A stretch of DNA of 64,000 nucleotides from Gracilinanus agilis. Taxonomy: Eukaryota. Positions 49,241-62,167 of this stretch are shown one piece after another. How positions within the stretch are numbered: position 1 is the stretch's first letter; each line of letters begins with the position of its first letter. The stretch spans positions 728,828,827 to 728,892,826 of the forward strand of contig NC_058130.1 in NCBI RefSeq assembly GCF_016433145.1, in the 5' to 3' direction. A program made the position numbers and the translations under genes. The notes under the pieces are model-generated. The model did not search any database. It was given only the letters and a program-made list of their open reading frames with translations, and had not been told where the DNA came from.

Positions 49241-49744
49241 AAAGTCAGTTCCTGATCTCAAGGAATTTATTAAAATGGAGGAAGACAACACAAAGTAAAG
49301 TTGAAAGGTAAGGGAGGGTGGTAGAGAGAATGGGAAGTAGAGGGAACCTGGTATTGGGGCATGTTTCATAGAAAAATGTGTGTGTGTGTGTGTTCCCTAC
49401 CTTTTAGGATCCTTTGATAATATAGGGCTGGGACAATTTGTTTTCTCACAAGCATAGAGAGGAGAAGAAGTTGGGCTAGTAGAGGGATAATCCAGGCTGG
49501 ATAGTTGAGAGCTGATAAATACCTAGTGATCAGTCATATATATGCCATGCCAATTTGTCCTTATTCCAATATGGCAGGAAATGACACATTTCATAAGAAA
49601 TACTGCATGTGACGCATGTATCTGGGTCCTAGACAGGCCTGGGGTCTGATGCCTTAAAGAGAGGGCTAACTGATACCTATGCCTTCAACTGTTTCATTCA
49701 TTCAGCAAACATTTATTAAGCACTTTCAAGAAGGACTAGATAAA

Positions 49745-50251
49745 ATGAAAAGCCAGGCCAGGAGATGAGAGATTTAGGTTCAACTCTGGCCTAAGATACT
49801 TCCTAGCTGAGTGGTCTTGGGCAAGTCACTTAATCCCAATTGCCTAGCACTTTATTGTTCTTCTGCATTGGAACCAATAAACAGTATTGATTCTAAGGCA
49901 GAAGATAAGGGTAAAGGAAGGAAGGAAGGAAGACGGAGGGAAGGAGGGAGGGAGGGANNNNNNNNNNNNNNNNNNNNNNNNNNNNNNNNNNNNNNNNNNN
50001 NNNNNNNNNNNNNNNNNNNNNNNNNNNNNNNNNNNNNNNNNNNNNNNNNNNNNNNNNNNNNNNNNNNNNNNNNNNNNNNNNNNNNNNNNNNNNNNNNNNN
50101 NNNNNNNNNNNNNNNNNNNNNNNNNNNNNNNNNNNNNNNNNNNNNNNNNNNNNNNNNNNNNNNNNNNNNNNNNNNNNNNNNNNNNNNNNNNNNNNNNNNN
50201 NNNNNNNNNNNNNNNNNNNNNNNNNNNNNNNNNNNNNGAGGGAGGGAGGGA

Positions 50252-50330
<79 letters not shown>
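49745..50330 (+). repeat. SINE whose tail runs into a (GGAA)/(GGAG)n...(GAAA)n purine microsatellite
   Basis: SINE core at ~49770-49912; purine repeats flank both sides of the gap. Confidence 0.85.
49958..50237. other. Assembly gap (280 N)
   Basis: Run of n. Confidence 1.
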
Positions 50331-50332
<2 letters not shown>

Positions 50333-53300
50333 GTCCACTGACTTCAAGGACCATGTGGTGACAATATAAAAAGTTCTCAGTGTCCAAACCAAATCATGAG
50401 CAATAAAATAAAGGGTTAGTCTTAAATGTGTTTTAAAAAAAAATCTTAAAATACTGTATATACCAAATATAGGCTTTCCTAAAAAAGTCTAAATGCAGTT
50501 ATAAACTACTGAAGCTTTCATCTGCACTAAGATTTTGGGACATCCCATATAAAATGACTAATATTTCTGTAGTGCTTTAAAGTTTACAAAGATACCAGTC
50601 AAGCAGGCAACAGGTATGTATTAAGCACCTAATATGTGCCAAGCTAGATACTGGAACTACAAAGAAAAAGAAATAGTTCTTGTCCTCCAAGAGCTCACAT
50701 TTTGACAGGGAAAACACATATGTGCCAAATACATACAAAATACACATGTACATATACACAGATATGCATGCGTGCAAACACACAGATACATCTATCACAT
50801 TTCTTTATACTGGAGCTATGATTTCCACCAGGAAAGAATATGTATTCTCTACCAATGTAGAGTCTGAGAAGTATGTAGTAGAAGTATGTAGTATGTAGTA
50901 GAGAAGTTAAGTATGTAGTAGAAGCTTAAAATCAGGTCTTCTAGATTTTGAAGTTCTCTATCTTCCATGACACACTGTCTCTCCACATTAAAAAAACAAC
51001 AACAAAAAAACACAAATACAAGGTAATTTTTCATATGGAGGACACTAGCAGCTGGGAAGGAAAATCAGAAAAGGCATCATAGAAGGTTAACGCTTGAGCA
51101 GAGCTTTGAAGGAAACTTAGAATTCGAAAAAGTGGTAATGCACAAGGGCACATATTCCAAGAATTGAGAAGAAATGTTATATATGAAGTATACTAAAAAA
51201 TTCCAGTGGGCATGTCTTAAGAGTACAGGAAGGGGAATAATATAACAAAGTATATAATGTCATTATATATAATAATATAATAAGACAAATAAATATAATA
51301 AATCAAAATAAAGAGATAAACAAATAAATAAATGAAGATCGACAAAAGATCCAGAAAGGTCCATATGAGGAGTTTATATTTTAACTTCAAGATAACAAGG
51401 AGCCATGGGAGTTTACTGAGGAAAGGCATGGTCAGACCTTTTAAAGTCCTTCTGGTTTGATGATCCTATGATAAAATCACTTGTCCTACTTTATTTTCCC
51501 TTCTGCTTTTTCCAAAGTTATTGATGATCCCTTAAACGCCAAATTTGATAGAGAAGAGAATCAAAAGTGGTGAAGGGCCTAAAAGAATTGGTTGGAAAAT
51601 ATAAGGACATTTAACTCAGAAAAAAAGGAAATTTAAGGAACATTCATTCTGTTTGGTCCCAGAGGACAGAACTGGGAGCAGTGAATGGAAATTGCAAGAC
51701 AAGAGTCTGGCTTAGAATGTATTAGAGCTATCTCAAAGAAGAGTCAAGTGCCTTAGGAGGTAGTTCTCTGCTTCCCTGAAGTCTTTAATCAAAGGTAGTT
51801 TACAGAGGAATGGCATGGTCAGCCCTGAGGTCCCTTTCAAATGAGATTCTGTGTGAAAAATCACATTTCTACCATGACTATCACAATGCTGCCACTTAAC
51901 ACTAAACTAAGACAGCGGCTTGGTATAGTAACAAAACATAAGTCACCTGACTTGGGGTCAGGACTCCAAAGACCTTAGGAGAATATACCAGAGAAGCATA
52001 ATATGGCTGCTAGTAAGAGTTCCAAGAGAATGAGATCAGTGTGTTATCTGGGACGTTTTCATGTAGGTGGTAAGCCAAAAGAACTGGATCTACAGTCTTT
52101 AATCTTGTAGATTAAAGAATCTACAAATGTTTAATACGTAGCTACTATATATGTGTTAAGCAATGAGGTAGGTGCTACCATACAAAGACAATGGAAACAA
52201 TTCATAATCTATGGGGAGGCAACATATACATACATAAATATATGAAGAATGATATAAAGACAAGATAACATTGATAGGGGAGGGCACTAGGCACAGAAAG
52301 GAATTAGGAAAGGTTTCATGTAGGAAAAGGAGGTACTTGAGCTGAATCCTGAATGAAAATGATTCCAAGAAATAAGTCAGTCAATAAGTGTTAATCAAGT
52401 TCCAACTATGTGCCAGGCACTGTGCTAAGTGTTGAGGTAAAAAAAAAAACACCAGGAGTTCTGCTTCTCAAGAAGTTCACAATCTAATGGAGAGACAAGA
52501 TATATGGAATAAATCTGAGAAAATCTACAAAGGGAAAGTATTATAGGGAATGAGGAAAAGCCTTTAGCAGAAAGTGGAATTTTAGCTGTGACTTAAAGGA
52601 AGCCAAGATGCAGAGGAGTGAAGGAACAATCTAGGTTTGGGAGACAGCCAGAGAAAATGCCCTGAGTTGGAAGAAGGGTTATCTCATTTGAGGACCAACA
52701 AGGTGGTCAGTGTCACTAGAAGATAAAGTGAGGGTGAGTGAGTAAAGTATAAGGAGACTATCAAGGTAGAAGGTGGTCAGGTAATGGAGGTTCTATGAAA
52801 GAGGCTTCTAGAGTCGATCTTGGAGGTGATAGGAAGCCACTGGAATTTATTGAATAGGGGAATGCCATGGTCAAACCCAATTTAGGAAGACTATCTCATC
52901 TGCTTACTGGAGGATGGATCAGATCAGGGTGAAACTTGAGGCAAGAGATTGGAAGATTTCAGAGACTATAGTAATAGCCCAGTCATGAGATGATGACAGC
53001 TTAGACCAAGTGGTAACAGGGTCAATGGAGTGAAAGGGTTTTATACGAGATGTCACAAAGTTCAAACTGACAGGTCTTGGTCACAGATTACATGGAGGAA
53101 GGGGGTGTGAAAGTGAAGAGTCTAGAATACTACCGAGGCTGCAAGCCTGAGTGACAGGAAAAGACAGTAGTGTGCTTGATAGTATTAGGGAAGTAGAGAA
53201 AGAATAAAGGTTTTAGGGGAAAGATGATGAGTTAAGTTTTGGCATACTGAGTTTAAGATGTCTGAGGACATCCAGTTTGAAATGTCCAATAGATAAGTTA

Positions 53301-54204
53301 GAGATCCTGGCTTAGAAACAGAAAAGAGGATAAGATAAGCAGATCTAAGTCATCTTTATACAGAAGAAAATTGAACACCTGGCAGCTGATGAAATAATAC
53401 AAAAGAAAAGAAGAAGGCCCAGCACAGCCCTTGGAGACATACAGGATTAGAGGATCATGATCCGAAAAAGGTCCAAAAAAGGGGACTGAGAAACAGTCAG
53501 ACAGGTTCCCCCTGATTTTGCAATAAGTTCTGTATCTTCCATGACACACTGCCTTTCCATATTAATAAATGGGTCCAGACTGAGTAGGGTGATAGAAATC
53601 TGGAGAAGAAAGTTTGTTAAATAATACAAAGAAGTCAATAAGAAAAAGGAGAAAAAAAAGCTACTGGGAAATCAACTTGGTAAGGTAGGGAAGGGACGTG
53701 AAATTCACTAAGTATTAAGCTTTTTCTATGTGCAAGGTGCTGAGGACAAAGGTAAAAGTTAAATAGTACTTGCCCTCAAGGAACTCACATCTTACAGGGG
53801 TGACTCGAAAAATGAATTTTAAATGCAAAATGCTTACAAAGCAAATTCAAGTTAGAATCTAGGGTGGTCCACTAATAACAGAGGTAATTGGGGAGCCCAC
53901 CGCTTCCCACCCGACCAGTCCAAGCTCTTGGACTCACTAGAGATCTTTACCAGGTTGCAACCCCCTTTACCATCTCCAGGCAGAGAGCCTCTGGGCACGC
54001 CCCTCTCTGCACCAATTCAAGCCCGCTCGAGCTCGCCCCCGCCCCCTCCGCGCGCGCCATCTAATGAGGGCGCGTTCCCGTCCCTCACCCCACCCCCACC
54101 TCGGACTCGATATCAGACCCCAAAGCAACGCAACTCGGGCCTTAGGCCTCGCGGCTGCCTTCTCCATCCCTCACTCCCGAGCTGAGCATACTCCTCTTTC
54201 TCAC

Positions 54205-54340
54205 CTTGAGCCCCAGTGCCTCAAAGCGTCCACTCCCGTCTCCTCAACAGCCTGCTCAAAGAAATCCCAGGGTCCGCTCAAGGGCTAGCGCACAGGATTA
54301 GCGCCACGAGACCCTCCGCCGTTATCTCTCTGCTGCCAGA
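54205..54340 (-). other. SF3A2: Probable non-coding exon 1 of SF3A2
   Basis: Minus-strand donor CAAG|GTGAGA at 54205/54204 inside the CpG island. TSS position is a guess. Confidence 0.55.
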
Positions 54341-54851
54341 TCGACGATTCAATTCTCCACGCATGCGCCCCTCGGCGGCAGCTTCGATCTGCGCACGCGC
54401 CACGCTGAGTCGTCACAAACTTTATTGGCTACTTTGTTCATGCACTGCAGGGAGGTCTCGCGCCCCTTATCCCGAAGCGTCTATGTTCCCTGCTCCTCCC
54501 TTCCCTAGAACGTGCGAACGGAGCGGCAGTTGGTGTCTAATTCTTCCCACCCGGAATTCCCATACGTCCTGGACTCTAGAAATCAAGGAAGAAACAAACG
54601 TGAATAGGGGAGGCGCACGCAACTCATCCATCAACAAAACTTTATTGTGCATCGCGGGCTCAGGCTCTGCTGGGAAACTTTATTGGGTCCCTTTCGACGA
54701 ACACGAACAAAGCAGAGGTGGAGGGAAGGAGGGGCGGAGTGGGGAGCGGCCCGGCCAGGACTGACTGACTGGCTGGCGGAGCTCGGAGTTCTGAGCCCGG
54801 AGCACTAGAGCCCGTGGCCGAGAGGCCTCTCGCCCTCCCTTCGCCACTGAG

Positions 54852-54945
54852 ATGAGGTTCAACGAGAAGGAGCTCCAGGCGTTGTCCCGGCAGCCGGCGG
54901 AGAAGGCGGCGGAGATCGGGATGCGGGTTCCCAAGAAGGGCAGCG
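54852..54945 (+). CDS. PLEKHJ1: PLEKHJ1 exon 1 (gene continues beyond the window; 229 nt of CDS seen)
   Basis: MRFNEKELQALSRQPAEKAAEIGMRVPKKGS, compare human MRYNEKELQALSRQPAEMAAELGMRGPKKGS. Donor G|GTGAGA. Confidence 0.96.
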
Positions 54946-57020
54946 GTGAGAGCTGAGGGGTGGTGGAACCGAGACAGGAGGGCGCCCTGGAGGCAATGGT
55001 TCCAGCTTCCCTGGGACTGTCCCTCTGTGCTCTCAGGAGGAACTCCCAGGGTCTCCCCTGTGTACATAGCCTCCCAAGGCCACCAGCCTTAATCCATCTC
55101 AACTGGGCTAACCCCTGACCCCCATTCAGCCCCACCTGCCAGAGGCCCCCCCACCCCACTGACAACCTCCCCTTAAAATTCCCCCAGTGTCGCCACACTG
55201 TTCAGAGCCACCCGTCTCAGCCCTCATTGATTGAGCCGAGCCCGGCCTGCCAGAACCCCTCTACCCCCACTGACACCCCCCTTCCTGTGTACAGAAGCCT
55301 CCCAGGCCACTAGGCTCAGCCCCCTTCATTAAGTCCTCCTTGTTTGACTCCCGACTGAGTCACCCTCCCTTACTCCCCTAAGATTACTCCCATATAGAGA
55401 GCCTTCCAGGCTACCAGAGTGAGCCACACTGCCCAATTCCATAATACTACCACCTCCGGGGTCATTTCTGTGTTTCCAGCTGCCCAGTCTCAGCTCGTCT
55501 CCCTCTTAACCCCCATTGAGCACACCCACCTGACTCTCCCCCAGCATATCTAGGTACACAACTTACTGGGCTTTTAGAGTCAGCTTCCCAAACTAAGACC
55601 TCAGGGTCACCCCTATGTACATTCTTCCAAGGCCCTGCCCCCAACACCCCCCTCACCTCCATGTATATCCTCAAACATGAGGTTATCCCCCCTTACATAG
55701 TTAGTCCCCTTCAACATCCCAGCATCGTTCTCTCCCACCAGGATCCCCTTCCATATATACAGCTTCTCAACCCCCACACCACCCCAGGCCCTCCTCTGCT
55801 CCTGTTACAACTTACATGTGTTTCCATGTATTCCCCAGAACCCTGATTCAGATACTGATTGATACTGTGAGCCCCTGGGCAAGTTACTTAACCTTTTAGT
55901 TCCCTCATCTATAACACTATGGCATTATAGGAGCTACAGTCCAAGATTTCTTCCTGCTCTAAGTCATTGATCTTGTTAATCTGACTTTCTTATCCAGGAA
56001 TTTATTATTATTAGATCCAACCTCCTTTTCCTTCTGAATTCAGGAAAGTTATCTCAACTCATATATAGCATTCTAAGTTCCCATCTTCCCAAAGAGAAAT
56101 CTCCACCTTGATCTAACCCTTCTTGTCAAACTACTAATGAAGCTGTAAAAATGGAATATAGACTCTTGGGGAGGGAAAAGATAATTGTGCCTTAACTGAC
56201 CTTACCAGCACCACTACCATACCTCCCAAGCAAAAAATTATAAAATTAATAGCCCCATAGGGCAGGTTTCCATGTTCAAGTTCAGCAGCTCCTAGACAGA
56301 ATCTTACAATATAACCTCCCAAAAGGTTTCCCCAGGCCCTCTGCCTCAACTGTTTTTTCATAGAGAACCTGCCTGTCTAGCCTCTCTTTAAGACTCTCCC
56401 CTTTCACCTTTCCAAAGAGAACCCTCCACCCTATTCCCAAAGCTTCTTGACCCTTCTTTCCCCACTGGGGAACAAGGGCCACCCCATTCCACTCCAGGCC
56501 TGCCTTCATATCTTTTCAGATAATCCAGGTTCCATCTTAACACTACAATAGGGCTCCTCTTTCTAGAAGGAATTTGGCCATGGTTTGGAGTGTGGCATTG
56601 CTGGTAGGGCCACAGAGAGGTACTCAGGAACCAGTAGATGACTAGAAAAGAATCAAGTCAACCCCTAAAATAACTGTTCTGTCGTACTTTGTGTAGCTGG
56701 TACAGAGAACCATATTTCCCTCTTTGGAATGAGAGAAGGATTTAGGAGGACAGGAGATTGTATTTTCTGCTATTTTACTTTCCTGTTCTGTCAATGTGTC
56801 TCTTTAAATTGGGTCAGACTCTGCTCTCAACAAGGCTGTGAGATTTTCCCAAAATTTAAAAGTTAGGGACATTCTAAAGGGCATTGTTATTTGGGTGGGG
56901 GGAGCCTGAGGAAAGGGTGGGAAGACAAAGGGAAGAAGCCTGATCTCACTTGTGCTCTAGGCTCTTTGGGATTTCTTGATAGTGCCCAACTTCTTTATTC
57001 ATCTTTATCTTTTCCCTCAG

Positions 57021-57088
57021 TGGTGAAACGGAGGCTTGTGAAGCTGGTGGTGAATTTCCTCTTTTATTTCCGGACAGATGAAGCAGAG
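57021..57088 (+). CDS. PLEKHJ1: PLEKHJ1 exon 2
   Basis: (V)VKRRLVKLVVNFLFYFRTDEAE (PH domain); GT-AG, phase 1 to 0. Confidence 0.96.
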
Positions 57089-57217
57089 GTAGGAGAGCTG
57101 CCCCTTGAGGATCTTGGTAGAATCCCTTCCAACACCATGGAGTTTCTAAGCAGGGAGAACCTTTGTACCTCGAACATTTTGATCTGGAAGAAACCTTAGT
57201 AATAATATAGTCTGATT

Positions 57218-57415
57218 CAGGGTGTCAAGTGCTTGGACCACATTACTCCTTAGTGGGGCCTCAACCAGATTAAAATATAATTGGGAAATATTGAACAAAA
57301 TAAGTAAAAATACACTAGAACATACATAATGTTACCATGTGGTTTTCTAAGCCATCATGTAACACAAATGGATCTTTAGGTACCTACCCAATTCTAAATG
57401 AGTTTGACACTACTG
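57218..57415. mobile_element. Degenerate hAT-type MITE inserted in a MIR-like element
   Basis: Ends CAGGGTGTCAA and TTGACACTACTG (imperfect TIRs). No clear TSD. Confidence 0.45.
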
Positions 57416-59153
57416 GTAGACCCCTCATTTTATAGATGAGGAAAATGAGGCAACAAAGTGTGGCTTTCCTGAGGTCATCTAGGGAAGACAGTGGTGGAGC
57501 TAGAACATGGTCCCAGAATCAAGGCTTTTTCCACTGCACTAAGCAGGATCTTTCTGTACTCATCTTATTTCATGTCCTCAGAAGTTATATGACAGGGTTT
57601 AAGTGTCACAGGCCAGTGATGGCACAGTTAGAACCACCAGCCAAATCACCCAGCCAGAACTGATCTGGGACAAACAAGGAAAACAAAGGAATGAGCTGAT
57701 CACATTCTGAGGAGAAGATAGAAGTGAATAACTAGAAAAATGTGTCAAGATGTCAAGTGCTGAGTAGTTTTGGAGGGAAGGCCCTGTCATTGGGGGAGAT
57801 CAGGAAGGACTTCATACAAACGTTGAGGTTTGAGCTTCTTCTTATGATCACAAGCATTCCTAGCCATGGGGGGCTGTGCAAAGTACAAAGGCATGGAGAA
57901 GGAGAAGGAAAAGGCAAGGAATAGAAAAAAGAGTAATTTGGCTAAATCACAAGAGGCTGAAAATAGAGAAATTTAGAAAGAGGGCAGGGGGTGGGACAGG
58001 GAACTGTTGACCTTTTTGGTGTTACTGATTTCTCCTCAGAGTAATGCTTTTAAATGTGTAAAAAAAAAAAAAACAAGATTGCAAAAGAAACCAACATTAT
58101 TAAAATACTATTATCAAAATATTTCAAAGGTTCACAGACTCCAGAGTTTTCCCCTGGTTCAAGGAGAAGGATAATGAGTTCAGCGTTAGACCCATTGAGT
58201 TGAAACTGTCTCTAGCACTTCCTGTTTGAAATGTCCATTCATCAGTTAATTTGTGATGTATGATGAAAGCTTGGGAGAGACTAAATGGGCTAGATGTATA
58301 GATGTGGGAGTCACCTGCAGAGATATGATAATTGAACCATCTGATGGGGGGAACTACACACCTACACAATTAGAAGGCATGACACAGATGATGAGCCAAG
58401 CCAAGGAGACAAAGGAGGAGTGGGCAGACTGGGAGAAGGCAAGTAAGAAGAGAGTAGTGTCTGGTCAGCAGGGTCCCATCCAACAGATAGGTCAAGAAAG
58501 ATGAGGATTGAGAAAAGTCCATCTTATTTGGCTTTTTAATTTGTTTACAGATTTTTGACTATTGATTTGGTAATTAAGAACTCATTTATAAGATTGGGAG
58601 AGCCATTTTATTTGAGCAATGAGGTCAAAAGCCTGATTAATAGGGGAGAAAGGAGGACAGGAAGTAGAGGTACTGAGTAGACAACTTTTGCAAAGAGTTT
58701 GAGAAAGAAAGGGAAGACAAAGGATAATAGCTTGAGGGGGTGTAGGGTGTAGTGAACATTTTTTAAAGATAAGAGAAACTTGGCCTTGTTTGAAGGGAAT
58801 TAGGAAGGAACTATTTGATATGGAGAGTTTGAAAATTTGAGGAAGGGATGATTGAGAAGAAGACTGGAGGGGATGGGAGCAAAGACATATGTAGAAAGGT
58901 CAGCCCTGGTAAGGAGAATAGTCACCTCTTTGTTAAAGATCAAGGGAAAAGAGGAAGAACATGGGAGATAATGGCCAAGGGTTTTGAGATAAAAAAGTGA
59001 GAGCAGGAGCTCAAAGTACATAAAGTACAGTCAGCGGTGAAGACCTCCACTAAGGAGAGAGAAGGAAAAGGGGTAGAAGGCAGGAGGGAAGAAAGGTTTG
59101 GAAAAGCTTTTGTTACTCTTTACCTTAAATCATAGGATGGGACAAGAAATAAT

Positions 59154-59339
59154 CAAGGGTTCTTAATCTAGAGTTTGTGAACTTGGATATGTGCTTTGGG
59201 TTTTATATGTAACTGGTTTTCTTTGTTTTTCTGTGTTTTTTATTTTATGCAACTAAAAGCATCATTTGCAAAGGGCTCCAAAGGCTTTATCAGACTACCA
59301 AAGATAAAAACAGTAACAAAAAAAGATTCAGATCCCTTG
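59154..59339. mobile_element. Old hAT/Charlie-type MITE (186 bp)
   Basis: 16-bp TIRs match 14/16 (CAAGGGTTCTTAATCT vs reverse complement CAAGGGATCTGAATCT). TSD not recognisable. Confidence 0.55.
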
Positions 59340-61664
59340 CTTTATATGTTCTTTGCTACTATCCAAGCAAGCCCCTTCAAGATAGTTTCAGAGAGTAGGG
59401 AAAAATCCCCCAGGGTACACAGTGAAAATATTCCTGAAAGTAAAGGACCCCTGGAAACTTGTCACTGGGGCTGGATTTTTAACTCAAATGCTATAAATGT
59501 ACACCCATTTTCCATTCTTTCTCAAACTCTTTGAAAAAGTTGCCCTCTCAGTACTTCTGCTTCCTCTCTTCTCTTCTCCTCCTTACTCCCTATTAATCTG
59601 GCTTCTGATCTTATTGCTCAAATAAAACTGCTCTTTCCAGTCTTATCAGTGAGTTCTTAATGTACACATAAGATTTCCTGTTGGAAGTGTTTGAACCACA
59701 TATACTCCAAATCGGGCTGGGCCCTTGTGTGTCCTAGATAAGGTCATTCCTAGCAAGGGGTTAAGATTCCTAGGGGTCTGTTCCAGATGGTGCACCTGGA
59801 GTAACCCCAGGCAGCACTGTATGGTAGAAAGAACTATGGACCTGGAAGATGACCAAGAAGTTTTCTATTCCAAATCCCTGATATTACTGATGAGGCAGCT
59901 GGAGCTAGAGAGGGTCAGTGACCAGCTCCCAATCACTTGGACAAGATCAGAGTCCAGCTGGAATCTCTTAAGTCCAAGACCCAGTATTCTTCACTCTGCC
60001 TTCAGGCTTGTTCTGAGCCACCCCCTTCCTGAATAAATGGTTTATTTTCTTAGAAGAAATAAGGTTGAAATGTAGTGTCCCAGGTTCTTCAAGGTCAGGG
60101 ATTGTCTACTCATTTCTACATGCCTCTGTACCTTGCACTCAGGGTTTAGAGCTGAGAGGGGCTTCAGAAGAGGCTACTCAGTCCAACCCCATCATTGTTG
60201 AGGAGAAAGAGGCCCAGCACAGTCAGGTGATTTCCCCTTGATGACGAGGGTCATCTGATGTGGCAGAGGCAGGATTTGAACCTGGGTCTGCATCCTGCAG
60301 ACAGTGCAGCATTGTGGCAACACTACCTTATCTTCCTAGCCATGGGGCAGTTTACAGACTGTCTTTCCCCACAACAGACCTGTGAGGAGATCAGTACAAA
60401 TACTGTTCTCTTTTGACAGAGGAGGAAATAATAGAACCTTGCTGTAGGAATTGAATCATGGCCACAGAGTGAGCCATTGGTGACTTGGGACCCAAGCCAA
60501 GTCTTCTCACCCAGAATCAAGCCCTCTTTCCTAAGGTACACCAGCAGCATCTCCAAGAGTCCCCCAAAAGGGCAGCCATGGCAGGTGGTGATTTATGAGT
60601 AGAATTCTATTTCTGTCATGATGACAGGTGGGCATATTTTTTTAAGCATTTCCTGGAAACACCAACTAGAAAATTTCAGACCTGGAGAGACTTTAAAGAT
60701 GGAAAAATTGGCCAAGAAAAGAAAAGAGATTTGCCCAAGGTCTCAGAACAAGGTACTGACAGTTCTGGCATTTAAACCCAGGCTGTCTAGCTCCCAGGTC
60801 ACTGCTTTCTCCCCACCAAGCTCCATGATTTCCTTTTTTGTGTCTAATGCATCCCTGCATCATTGAAGACTCACATGAATCCATCCAGTTTGACCTCTGG
60901 GCTCCCTTTTCTCCTTCCTTAGTGGTGGCTGTAGGTCACAGGAGAAGACAGGTTTCTTGACTCTGGGGGATTGGGCGTGGTAGAAGAAGCCCAAGTCAAT
61001 CACTAGTTGACAAGTTTATGCACTTAGTAGATGCTGGGTGCTGAATGTCATGGTGTAAAAAAAGACAGACTAGATTGTCAGAAGGCTTTCCTTTGAATCC
61101 TGACTCTTGTTACTTGTCAGCTGAGGGACCTTTTACTCAAAAATGTATTTTTACCAAAATGAATTTCCTCTTCTGAAAAATGAGGTTGGGCTAGAGGACT
61201 TTGAAGGTCCCCTTGACCTCTAAAAAGTTCCAGGAGAAGGGGAGGAGCACATAACCCTATTTGCTGACACCACCCATCCAGCTTATTCCTTCCTTCTTGG
61301 AATATCTCCTCCTCTGTTTGCTTCCTTTCTTGGTGGGTCCCTTGAAGGTAGAAGCCAGGCCTGTGTGTATTCTGTAGTTAATAACCTTAGTCTGAAGCTT
61401 TTCAATTTGCACAAAGCTGGGCAGACCCAATGGCTGCCCTGGGGGCGTAGGTCACACTGGGTGATATAAACTGGGACAGTGGTTGCCACCATTGAGGGGA
61501 CCCTGATCCAATACTGTAAACTTGTGTTAATGATGTAAGGTAGTAGCCCTGGGTCCTTTCACTGTTTCCTAGAACACCCTTCAACAGATAGCTCTCTCCC
61601 TGAGTCTCAATGTCTTTATCTGTCAAATAAGAGACAAACCAGTCTGAATAAAAAGCAGGGAATT

Positions 61665-61862
61665 AGGGCAGCCAGGTATCTCAGTGATTAGGGATCCAGT
61701 CTTGGGGATGGGAGGTCCTGGGTTCAAATGTGGCCTCAGATACTTCCTAGCTATGTGACCCTGAGTAAGTTACTTACATTGCCTACCCCTTACCACTCTT
61801 CTGCCTTGGAAATGAATACTTGTATGATTCTAAGGTGAAAGCTAAGCGATTAAAAAAAAAAA
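61665..61862 (+). mobile_element. Marsupial CORE-SINE
   Basis: Head, GGTTCAAATG B-box, core and poly-A tail. Confidence 0.85.
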
Positions 61863-62100
61863 AAGCAAAGAATTGGAAAACCTGTTTTTTGCTGTCAGTC
61901 TCAGCTTCCCTGTCTCAAATGAGTGGAGTTAGGTGAGATCTGTTGACATCTGAGGATCTATAAAGACAAAGGCTAGGAAAAATCTGGAAGCACTTTACAC
62001 AGAAAACTGCTCCTTGTTCTTCCTCCCAATTTCTGGGTCCTAAGCCAAAAGTGCTTACTTTAGTGGTCTCAAAACTTTTTCTGTTGTTCTATCTTGCCAG

Positions 62101-62167
62101 CCCATTGGAGCCCTGCTTCTAGAACATTGCCGGATTGCCAAGGAAGAGCCAAGTGGCTTCTCTATCA
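62101..62167 (+). CDS. PLEKHJ1: PLEKHJ1 exon 3
   Basis: PIGALLLEHCRIAKEEPSGFSI, compare human PVGALLLERCRVVREEPGTFSI. Acceptor cttgccag, donor A|GTGAGT. Confidence 0.96.

Larger units (their letters stand above)
53900..54960. promoter_or_regulatory. CpG-island bidirectional promoter of SF3A2 (-) and PLEKHJ1 (+)
   Basis: High CpG density. NRF1-like CGCATGCGC 54360-54368 and TGCGCACGCGC 54390-54400; TCTCGCG ~54455; GC box GGGGCGGAG 54731-54739. Head-to-head arrangement as in human. Confidence 0.85.

Noticed and set aside
49811-50392. ORFs spanning the N run, and the poly-Ile ORF at 44864-45100
   Set aside because: Artefacts of the assembly gap and microsatellites.
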